NCBI RefSeq assembly: GCF_009914755.1
Contig: NC_060926.1
Direction: 5' to 3' (one strand)
Source of the DNA: the human T2T-CHM13v2.0 reference genome, Homo sapiens
DNA length: 64,000 bases
Both the position numbers and the translations under genes were made by a program. The notes beneath the pieces are model-generated. The model had not been told where the DNA came from. It made no database searches and saw only the letters and a list, made by a program, of their open reading frames with translations. Of this stretch, positions 10,101-21,576 are shown piece by piece; positions within the stretch are counted from its first letter, which is position 1; each line of letters starts with the position of its first letter.

Positions 10101-13100
10101 ACACTCTTTTTGTAAAATCTGCAAGAGGATATTTGGATAGCTTTGAGGATTTCGTTGGAAACGGGATTGTCTTCATATAAACTCTAGACAGAAGCATTCT
10201 CAGAAGCTTCATTGGGATGTTTCAATTGAAGTCACAGTGTTGAACAGTCCCTTTCATAGAGCAGGTTTGAAACACTCTTTTTGTAGTATCTGGAAGTGGA
10301 CATTTGGAGCGCTCTCAGGACTGCGGTGAAAAAGGAAATATCTTCCAATAAAAGCTAGATAGAAGCAATGTCAGAAACTTTTTCATGATGTATCTACTCA
10401 GCTAACAGAGTTGAACCTTCCTTTGAGAGAGCAGTTTTGAAACACTCTTTTTGTGGAATCTGCAAGTGGATATTTGTCTAGCTTTGAGGATTTCGTTGGA
10501 AACGGGATTACATATAAAAAGCAGACAGCAGCATTCCCAGAAACTTCTTTGTGATGTTTGCATTCAAGTCACAGAGTTGAACATTCCCTTTCATAGAGCA
10601 GGTTTGAAACACTCTTTTTGTAGTATCTGGATGTGGACATTTACAGCGCTTTCAGGCCTAAGGTGAAAATGGAAATATCTTCCCCTGAAAACTAGACAGA
10701 AGCATTCTCAGAAACTTATTTGTGATGTGCGCCCTCAACTAACAGTGTTGAAGCTTTCTTTTGATAGAGCAGTTTTGAAACACTCTTTTTGTGGAATCTG
10801 TAAGTGGATATTTGTCTAGCTTTGAGGATTTCGTTGGAAACGGGATTACATATAAAAAGCAGACAGCAGCATTCCCAGAATCTTGTTTGTGATGTTTGCA
10901 TTCAAGTCACAGAGTTGAACATTCCCTTTCAGAGAGCAGGTTTGAAACACTCTTTTTATAGTATCTGGATGTGGACATTTTGAGCGCTTTCAGGCCTATG
11001 GTGAAAAAGGAAATATCTTCTCCTGAAAACTAGACAGAAGCATTCTCAGAATCTTATTTGTGATGTGCGCCCTCAACTAACAGTGTTGAAGCTTTCTTTT
11101 GATAGAGCAGTTTTGAAACACTCTTTTCGTAAAATCTGCAAGAGGATATTTTGATACCTTTGAGGATTTCGTTGGAAACGGGATTGTCTTCATATAAACT
11201 CTAGACAGAAGCATTCTCAGAAGCTTCATTGGGATGTTTCAATTGAAGTCACAGTGTTGAACAGTCCCTTTCATAGAGCAGGTTTGAAACACTCTTTTTG
11301 TAGTATCTGGAAGTGGACATTTGGAGAGATCTCAGGAATACGGTGATAAAGGAAATATCTTCCAATAAAAGCTACATAGAAGCAATGTCAGAAACTTTTT
11401 CATGATGTACCTACTCAGCTAACAGAGTTGAACCTTTCTTTTGAGAGAGCAGTTTTGAAACACTCTTTTTGTGGAATCTGCAAGTGGATATTTGTCCAGT
11501 TTTGAGGATTTCGTTGGAAACGGGATTACATATAAAAAGCAGACAGCTGCATTCCCAGAAACTTCTTTGTGATGTTTGCATTCAAGTCACAGAGTTGAAC
11601 ATTCCCTTTCATAGAGCAGGCTTGAAACACTCTTTTTGTAGTATCTGGATGTGGACATTTGGAGCGCTTTCAGGCCTATGGTGAAAAAGGAAATATCTTC
11701 CCCTGAAAACTAGACAGAAGCATTCTCAGAATCTTATTTGTGATGTGCGCCCTCAACTAACAGTGTTGAAGCTTTCTTTTGATAGAGCAGTTTTGAAACA
11801 CTCTTTTTGTAAAATCTGCAAGAGGATATTTGGATAGCTTTGAGGATTTCGTTGGAAACGGGATTGTCTTCATATATACTCTAGACAGAAGCATTCTCAG
11901 AAGCTTCATTGGGATGTTTCAATTGAAGTCACAGTGTTGAACAGTCCCTTTCATAGAGCAGGTTTGAAACACTCTTTTTGTAGTATCTGGATGTGGACAT
12001 TTGGAGCGCTTTCAGGCCTATGGTTTAAAAGGAAATATCTTCCCCTGAAAACTAGACAGAAGCATTCTCAGAAACTTATTTGTGATGTGCGCCCTCAACT
12101 AACAGTGTTGAAGCATTCTTTTGATAGAGCAGTTTTGAAACACTCTTTTTGTGGAATCTGCAAGTAGATATTGTCTAGCTTTGAGGATTTCGTTGGAAAC
12201 GGGATTACATATAAAAAGCAGACAGCAGCATTCCCAGAAACTTCTTTGTGATGTTTGCATTCAAGTCACAGAGTTGAACATTCCCTTTCATAGAGCAGGT
12301 TTGAAACACTCTTTTTATAGTATCTGGATGTGGACATTTGGAGCGCTTTCAGGCCTATGGTGAAAAAGGAAATATCTTCCCCTGAAAACTAGACAGAAGC
12401 ATTCTCAGAATCTTATTTGTGATGTGCGCCCTCAACTAACAGTGTTGAAACTTTCTTTTGATAGAGCAGTTTTGAAACACTCTTTTCGTAAAATCTGCAA
12501 GAGGATATTTGGATAGCTTTGAGGATTTCGTTGGAAACGGGATTGTCTTCATATAAACTCTAGACAGAAGCATTCTCAGAAGCTTCATTGGGATGTTTCA
12601 ATTGAAGTCACAGTGTTGAACAGTCCCTTTCATAGAGCAGGTTTGAAACACTCTTTTTGTAGTATCTGGAAGTGGACATTTGGAGAGATCTCAGGAATAC
12701 GGTGATAAAGGAAATGTCTTCCAATAAAAGCTAGATAAAAGCAATGTCAGAAACTTTTTCATGTTGTATCTACTCAGCTAACAGAGTTGAACCTTTCTTT
12801 TGAGAGAGCAGTTTTGAAACACTCTTTTTGTGGAATCTGCAAGTGGATATTTGTCTAGCTTTGAGGATTTCGTTGGAAACGGGATTACATATAAAAAGCA
12901 GACAGCAGCATTCCCAGAAACTTTTTGTGATGTTTGCATTCAAGTCACAGAGTTGAACATTCCCTTTCATAGAGCAGGTTTGAAACACTCTTTTTGTAGT
13001 ATCTGTATGTGGACATTTGGAGCGCTTTCAGGCCTATGGTGAAAAAGGAAATATCTTCCCCTGAAAACTAGACAGAAGCATTCTCAGAAACTTATTTGTA

Positions 13101-14438
13101 ATGTGCGCCCTCAACTAACAGTGTTGAACCTTTCTTTTGATAGAGCAGTTTTGAAACACTCTTTTTGTAAAATCTGCAGGAGGATATTTGGATAGCTTTG
13201 AGGATTTCGTTGGAAACGGGATTGTCTTCATATAAACTCTAGACAGAAGCATTCTCAGAAGCTTCATTGGGATGTTTCAATTGAAGTCACAGTGTTGAAC
13301 AGTTCCTTTCATAGAACAGGTTTGAAACACTCTTTTTGTAGTATCTGGAAGTAGACATTTGGAGCGCTCTCAGGACTATGGTGAAAAAGGAAATATCTTC
13401 CAATAAAAGCTACATAGAAGCAATGTCAGAAACTTTTTCATGATGTATCTACTCAGCTAACAGAGTTGAACCTTTCCTTTGAGAGAGCAGTTTTGAAACA
13501 CTCTTTTTGTGGAATCTGCAAGTGGATATTTGTCTAGCTTTGAGGATTTCGTTGGAAACGGGATTACATATAAAAAGCAGACAGCAGCATTCCCAGAAAC
13601 TTCTTTGTGAAGTTTGCATTCAAGTCACAGAGTTGAACATTCCCTTTCATAGAGCAGGTTTGAAACACTCTTTTTGTAGTATCTGGATGTGGACATTTGG
13701 AGCGCTTTCAAGCCTATGGTGAAAAAGGAAATATCTTCCCCTGAAAACTAGACAGAAGCATTCTCAGGAACTTATTTGTGATGTGCGCCCTCAACTAACA
13801 GTGTTGAAGCTTTCTTTTGATAGAGCAGTTTTGAAACACTCTTTTTGTGGAATCTGCAAGTGGATATTTGTCACGCTTTGAGGATTTCGTTGGAAACGGG
13901 ATTACATATAAAAAGCAGACAGCAGCATTCCCAGTAACTTCTTTGTGATGTTTGCATTCAAGTCACAGAGTTGAACATTCCCTTTCATAGAGCAGGTTTG
14001 AAACACTCTTTTTGTAGTATCTGGATGTGGACATTTGGAGCGCTTTCAGGCCTATGGTGAAAAAGGAAATATCTTCCCCTGAAAACTAGACAGAAGCATT
14101 CTCAGAAACTTATTTGTGATGTGCGCCCTCAACTAACAGTGTTGAACCTTTCTTTTGATAGAGCAGTTTTGAAACACTCTTTTTGTAAAATCTGCAAGAG
14201 GATATTTGGATAGATTTGAGGATTTCGTTGGAAACGGGATTGTCTTCATATAAACTCTAGGCAGAAGCATTCTCAGAAGCTTCATTGGGATGTTTCAATT
14301 GAAGTCACAGTGTTGAACAGTCCCTTTCATAGAGCAGGTTTGAAACACTCTTTTTGTAGTATCTGGAAGTGGACATTTGGAGAGATCTCAGGAATACGGT
14401 GATAAAGGAAATATCTTCCAATAAAAGCTAGATAGAAG

Positions 14439-14609
14439 CAATGTCAGAAACTTTTTCATGATGTATCTACTCAGCTAACAGAGTTGAACCTTTCTTTTGA
14501 GAGAGCAGTTTTGAAACACTCTTTTTGTAGTATCTGGATGTGGACATTTGGAGCGCTTTCAGGCCTATGGTGAAAAAGGAAATATCTTCCCCTGAAAACT
14601 AGACAGAAG
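14439..14609 (+). repeat. D/A hybrid monomer (167-bp single-monomer deletion, removes a CENP-B box)
   Basis: The D start ...GAGAGAGCAGTTTTGAAACACTCTTTTTGT continues directly as A-type AGTATCTGGATGTGG. Spacing 13845->15038 = 680+513. Confidence 0.9.
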
Positions 14610-17600
14610 CATTCTCAGAAACTTATTTGTGATGTGCGCCCTCAACTAACAGTGTTGAACCTTTCTTTTGATAGAGCAGTTTTGAAACACTCTTTTTGTA
14701 ATATCTGCAAGAGGATATTTGGATAGCTTTGAGGATTTCGTTGGAAACGGGATTGTCTTCATATAAACTCTAGACAGAAGCATTCTCAGAAGCTTCATTG
14801 GGATGTTTCAATTGAAGTCACAGTGTTGAACAGTCCCTTTCATAGAGCAGGTTTGAAACACTCTTTTTGTAGTATCTGGAAGTGGACATTTGGAGAGATC
14901 TCAGGAGTACGGTGATAAAGGAAATATCTTCCAATAAAAGCTAGATAGAAGCAATGTCAGAAACTTTTTCATGATGTATCTACTCAGCTAACAGAGTTGA
15001 ACCTTTCTTTTGAGAGAGCAGTTTTGAAACACTCTTTTTGTGGAATCTGCAAGTGGATATTTGTCTAGCTTTGAGGATTTCGTTGGAAACGGGATTACAT
15101 ATAAAAAGCAGACAGCAGCATTCCCAGAAACTTCTTTGTGAAGTTTGCATTCAAGTCACAGAGTTGAACATTCGCTTTCATAGAGCAGGTTTGAAACACT
15201 CTTTTTGTAGTATCTGTATGTGGACATTTGGAGCGCTTTCAGGCCTATGGTGAAAAAGGAAATATCTTCCCCTGAAAACTAGACAGAAGCATTCTCAGAA
15301 TCTTATTTGTGATGTGCGCCCTCAACTAACAGTGTTGAAGCTTTCTTTTGATAGAGCAGTTTTGAAACACTCTTTTTGTAAAATCTGCAAGAGGATATTT
15401 GGATAGCTTTGAGGATTTCGTTGGAAACCGGATTGTCTTCATATAAACTCTAGACAGAAGCATTCTCAGAAGCTTCATTGGGATGTTTCAATTGAAGTCA
15501 CAGTGTTGAACATTCCCTTTCATAGAGCAGGTTTGAAACACTCTTTTTGTAGTATCTGGAAGTGGACATTTGGAGAGATCTCAGGAATACGGTGATAAAG
15601 GAAATATCTTCCAATAAAAGCTAGATAGAAGCAATGTCAGAAACTTTTTCATGATGTACCTACTCAGCTAACAGAGTTGAACCTTTCTTTTGAGAGAGCA
15701 GTTTTGAAACACTCTTTTTGTGGAATCTGCAAGTGGATACTTGTCTAGCTTTGAGGATTTCGTTGGAAACGGGATTACATATAAAAAGCAGACAGCAGCA
15801 TTCCCAGAAACTTCTTTGTGATGTTTGCATTCAAGTCACAGAGTTGAACATTCCCTTTCATAGAGCAGGTTTGAAACACTCTTTTTGTAGTATCTGGATG
15901 TGGACATTTGCAGCGCTTTCAGGCCTATGGTGAAAAAGGAAATATCTTCCCCTGAAAACTAGACAGAAGCATTCTCAGAATCTTATTTGTGATGTGCGCC
16001 CTCAATTAACAGTGTTGAAGCTTTCTTTTGATAGAGCAGTTTTGAAACACTCTTTTTGTAAAATCTGCAAGAGGATATTTGGATAGCTTTGAGGATTTCG
16101 TTGGAAACGGGATTGTCTTCATATAAACTCTAGACAGAAGCATTCTCAGAAGCTTCATTGGGATGTTTCAATTGAAGTCACAGTGTTGAACAGTTCCTTT
16201 CATAGAACAGGTTTGAAACACTCTTTTTGTAGTATCTGGAAGTGGACATTTGGAGCGCTCTCAGGACTATGGTGAAAAAGGAAATATCTTCCAATAAAAG
16301 CTACATAGAAGCAATGTCAGAAACTTTTTCAGGATGTATCTACTCAGCTAACAGAGTTGAACCTTTCCTTTGAGAGAGCAGTTTTGAAACACTCTTTTTG
16401 TGGAATCTGCAAGTGGATATTTGTCTAGCTTTGAGGATTTCGTTGGAAACGGGATTACATATAAAAAGCAGACAGCAGCATTCCCAGTAACTTCTTTGTG
16501 ATGTTTGCATTCAAGTCACAGAGTTGAACCTTCCCTTTCATAGAGCAGGTGTGAAACACTCTTTTTGTAGTATCTGGATGTGGACATTTGGAGCGCTTTC
16601 AGGCCTATGGTGAAAAAGGAAATATCTTCCCCTGAAAACTAGACAGAAGCATTCTCAGAAACTTATTTGTGATGTGCGCCCTCAACTAACAGTGTTGAAC
16701 CTTTCTTTTGATAGAGCAGTTTTGAAACACTCTTTTTGTAAAATCTGCAAGAGGATATTTGGATAGCTTTGAGGATTTCGTTGGAAACGGGATTGTCTTC
16801 ATATAAACTCTAGACAGAAGCATTCTCAGAAGCTTCATTGGGATGTTTCAATTGAAGTCACAGTGTTGAACAGTCCCTTTCATAGAGCAGGTTTGAAACA
16901 CTCTTTTTGTAGTATCTGGAAGTGGACATTTGGAGCGCTTTCAGGACTGCGGTGAAAAAGGAAATATCTTCTATTAAAAGCTAGATAGAAGCAATGTCAG
17001 AAACTTTTTCATGATGTATCTACTCAGCTAACAGAGTTGAACCTTCCTTTGAGAGAGCAGTTTTGAAACACTCTTTTTGTGGAATCTGCAAGTGGATATT
17101 TGTCTAGCTTTGAGGATTTCGTTGGAAACGGGATTACATATAAAAAGCAGACAGCAGCATTCCCAGAAACTTCTTTGTGATGTTTGCATTCAAGTCACAG
17201 AGTTGAACATTCCCTTTCATAGAGCAGGTTTGAAACACTCTTTTTGTAGTATCTGGATGTGGACATTTACAGCGCCTTCAGGCCTAAGGTGAAAAAGGAA
17301 ATATCTTCCCCTGAAAACTAGACAGAAGCATTCTCAGAAACTTATTTGTGATGTGCGCCCTCAACTAACAGTGTTGAAGCTTTCTTTTGATAGAGCAGTT
17401 TTGAAACACTCTTTTTGTGGAATCTGCAAGTGGATATTTGTCTAGCTTTGAGGATTTCGTTGGAAACGGGATTACATATAAAAAGCAGACAGCAGCATTC
17501 CCAGAATCTTGCTTGTGACGTTTGCATTCAAGTCACAGAGTTGAACATTCCCTTTCAGAGAGCAGGTTTGAAACACTCTTTTTATAGTATCTGGATGTGG

Positions 17601-20600
17601 ACATTTGGAGCGCTTTCAGGCCTATGGTGAAAAAGGAAATATCTTCTCCTGAAAACTAGACAGAAGCATTCTCAGAATCTTATTTGTGATGTGCGCCCTC
17701 AACTAACAGTGTTGAAGCTTTCTTTTGATAGAGCAGTTTTGAAACACTCTTTTCGTAAAATCTGCAAGAGGATATTTTGATAGCTTTGAGGATTTCGTTG
17801 GAAACGGGATTGTCTTCATATAAACTCTAGACAGAAGCATTCTCAGAAGCTTCATTGGGATGTTTCAATTGAAGTCACAGTGTTGAACAGTCCCTTTCAT
17901 AGAGCAGGTTTGAAACACTCTTTTTGTAGTATCTGGAAGTGGACATTTGGAGAGATCTCAGGAATACGGTGATAAAGGAAATATCTTCCAATAAAAGCTA
18001 GATAGAAGCAATGTCAGAAACTTTTTCATGATGTACCTACTCAGCTAACAGAGTTGAACCTTTCTTTTGAGAGAGCAGTTTTGAAACACTCTTTTTGTGG
18101 AATCTGCAAGTGGATATTTGTCTAGTTTTGAGGATTTCGTTGGAAACGGGATTACATATAAAAAGCAGACAGCTGCATTCCCAGAAACTTCTTTGTGATG
18201 TTTGCATTCAAGTCACAGAGTTGAACATTCCCTTTCATAGAGCAGGCTTGAAACACTCTTTTTGTAGTATCTGGATGTGGACATTTGGAGCGCTTTCAGG
18301 CCTATGGTGAAAAAGGAAATATCTTCCCCTGAAAACTAGACAGAAGCATTCTCAGAATCTTATTTGTGATGTGCGCCCTCAACTAACAGTGTTGAAGCTT
18401 TCTTTTGATAGAGCAGTTTTGAAACACTCTTTTTGTAAAATCTGCAAGAGGATATTTGGATAGCTTTGAGGATTTCGTTGGAAACGGGATTGTCTTCATA
18501 TAAACTCTAGACAGAAGCATTCTCAGAAGCTTCATTGGGATGTTTCAATTGAAGTCACAGTGTTGAACAGTCCCTTTCATAGAGCAGGTTTGAAACACTC
18601 TTTTTGTAGTATCTGGATGTGGACATTTGGAGCGCTTTCATGCCTATGGTTTAAAAGGAAATATCTTCCCCTGAAAACAAGACAGAAGCATTCTCAGAAA
18701 CTTATTTGTGATGTGCGCCCTCAACTTACAGTGTTGAAGCATTCTTTTGATAGAGCAGTTTTGAAACACTCTTTTTGTGGAATCTGCAAGTAGATATTGT
18801 CTAGCTTTGAGGATTTCGTTGGAAACGGGATTACATATAAAAAGCAGACAGCAGCATTCCCAGAAACTTCTTTGTGATGTTTGCATTCAAGTCACAGAGT
18901 TGAACATTCCCTTTCATAGAGCAGGTTTGAAACACTCTTTTTATAGTATCTGGAGGTGGACATTTGGAGCGCTTTCAGGCCTATGGTGAAAAAGGAAATA
19001 TCTTCCCCTGAAAACTAGACAGAAGCATTCTCAGAATCTTATTTGTGATGTGCGCCCTCTACTAACAGTGTTGAAGCTTTCTTTTGATAGAGCAGTTTTG
19101 AAACACACTTTTCGTAAAATCTGCAAGAGGATATTTGGATAGCTTTGAGGATTTCGTTGGAAACGGGATTGTCTTCATATAAACTCTAGACAGAAGCATT
19201 CTCAGAAGCTTCATTGGGATGTTTCAATTGAAGTCACAGTGTTGAACAGTCCCTTTCATAGAGCAGGTTTGAAACACTCTTTTTGTAGTATCTGGAAGTG
19301 GAGATTTGGAGAGATCTCAGGTATACGGTGATAAAGGAAATGTCTTCCAATAAAAGCTAGATAGAAGCAATGTCAGAAACTTTTTCATGATGTATCTACT
19401 CAGCTAACAGAGTTGAACCTTTCTTTTGAGAGAGCAGTTTTGAAACACTCTTTTTGTGGAATCTGCAAGTGGATATTTGTCTAGCTTTGAGGATTTCGTT
19501 GGAAACGGGATTACATATAAAAAGCAGACAGCAGCATTCCCAGAAACTTCTTTGTGATGTTTGCATTCAAGTCACAGAGTTGAACATTCCCTTTCATAGA
19601 GCAGGTTTGAAACACTCTTTTTGTAGTATCTGGATGTGGACATTTGGAGCGCTTTCAGGCCTATGGTGAAAAAGGAAATATCTTCCCCTGAAAACTAGAC
19701 AGAAGCATTCTCAGAAACTTATTTGTGATGTGCGCCCTCAACTAACAGTGTTGAACCTTTCTTTTGATAGAGCAGTTTTGAAACACTCTTTTTGTAAAAT
19801 CTGCAAGAGGATATTTGGATAGCTTTGAGGATTTCGTTGGAAACGGGATTGTCTTCATATAAACTCTAGACAGAAGCATTCTCAGAAGCTTCATTGGGAT
19901 GTTTCAATTGAAGTCACAGTGTTGAACAGTTCCTTTCATAGAACAGGTTTGAAACACTCTTTTTGTAGTATCTGGAAGTGGACATTTGGAGCGCTCTCAG
20001 GACTATGGTGAAAAAGGAAATATCTTCCAATAAAAGCTACATAGAAGCAATGTCAGAAACTTTTTCATGATGTATCTACTCAGCTAACAGAGTTGAACCT
20101 TTCCTTTGAGAGAGCAGTTTTGAAACACTCTTTTTGTGGAATCTGCAAGTGGATATTTGTCTAGCTTTGAGGATTTCGTTGGAAACGGGATTACATATAA
20201 AAAGCAGACAGCAGCATTCCCAGAAACTTCTTTGTGATGTTTGCATTCAAGTCACAGAGTTGAACATTCCCTTTCATAGAGCAGGTTTGAAACACTCTTT
20301 TTGTAGTATCTGGATGTGGACATTTGGAGCGCTTTTAGGCGTATGGTGAAAAAGGAAATATCTTCCCCTGAAAACTAGACAGAAGCATTCTCAGAAACTT
20401 ATTTGTGATGTGCGCCCTCAACTAACAGTGTTGAAGCTTTCTTTTGATAGAGCAGTTTTGAAACACTCTTTTTGTAATATCTGCAAGAGGATATTTGGAT
20501 AGCTTTGAGGATTTCGTTGGAAACGGGATTGTCTTCACATAAACTCTAGACAGAAGCATTCTCAGAAGCTTCATTGGGATGTTTCAATTGAAGTCACAGT

Positions 20601-21405
20601 GTTGAACGGTTCCTTTCATAGAACAGGTTTGAAACACTCTTTTTGTAGTATCTGGAAGTGGACATTTGGTGCGCTCTCAGGACTACGGTGAAAAAGGAAA
20701 TATCTTCCAATAAAAGCTAGATAGAAGCAATGTCAGAAAATTTTTCATGATGTATCTACTCAGCTAACAGAGTTGAACCTTCCTTTGAGAGAGCAGTTTT
20801 GAAACACTCTTTTTGTGGAATCTGCAAGTGGATATTTGTCTAGCTTTGAGGATTTCGCTGGAAACGGGATTACATATAAAAACAGACAGCAGCATTCCCA
20901 GTAACTTCTTTGTGATGTTTGCATTCAAGTCACAGAGTTGAACATTCCCTTTCATAGAGCAGGTTTGAAACACTCTTTTTGTAGTATCTGGATGTGGACA
21001 TTTGGAGCGCTTTCAGGCCTATGGTGAAAAAGGAAATATCTTCCCCTGAAAACTAGACAGAAGCATTCTCAGAAACTTATTTGTGATGTGCGCCCTCAAC
21101 TAACAGTGTTGAACCTTTCTTTTGATAGAGCAGTTTTGAAACACTCTTTTTGTAAAATCTGCAAGAGGATATTTGGATAGATTTGAGGATTTCGTTGGAA
21201 ACGGGATTGTCTTCATATAAACTCTAGGCAGAAGCATTCTCAGAAGCTTCATTGGGATGTTTCAATTGAAGTCACAGTGTTGAACAGTCCCTTTCATAGA
21301 GCAGGTTTGAAACACTCTTTTTGTAGTATCTGGAAGTGGACATTTGGAGAGATCTCAGGAATACGGTGATAAAGGAAATATCTTCCAATAAAAGCTAGAT
21401 AGAAG

Positions 21406-21576
21406 CAATGTCAGAAACTTTTTCATGATGTATCTACTCAGCTAACAGAGTTGAACCTTTCTTTTGAGAGAGCAGTTTTGAAACACTCTTTTTGTAGTAT
21501 CTGGATGTGGACATTTGGAGCGCTTTCAGGCCTATGGTGAAAAAGGAAATATCTTCCCCTGAAAACTAGACAGAAG
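21406..21576 (+). repeat. D/A hybrid monomer, duplicate of 14439-14609
   Basis: Same junction, 6967 bp downstream, inside a duplicated block. Confidence 0.9.

Larger units (their letters stand above)
3360..13650 (+). repeat. Tandem multi-HOR duplication, periods 4415 then 3735 bp (~2.5 copies)
   Basis: Matching variant units at 3784/8199/11934, 4680/9095/12830 and 6716/10451. Confidence 0.85.

Noticed and set aside
20853-20869. Variant boxes TTTCGCTGG, TTTCGATGG and TTTCGTTTG counted as inactive CENP-B boxes
   Set aside because: The changes fall at non-core (N) positions of NTTCGNNNNANNCGGGN, so they are probably still bindable.
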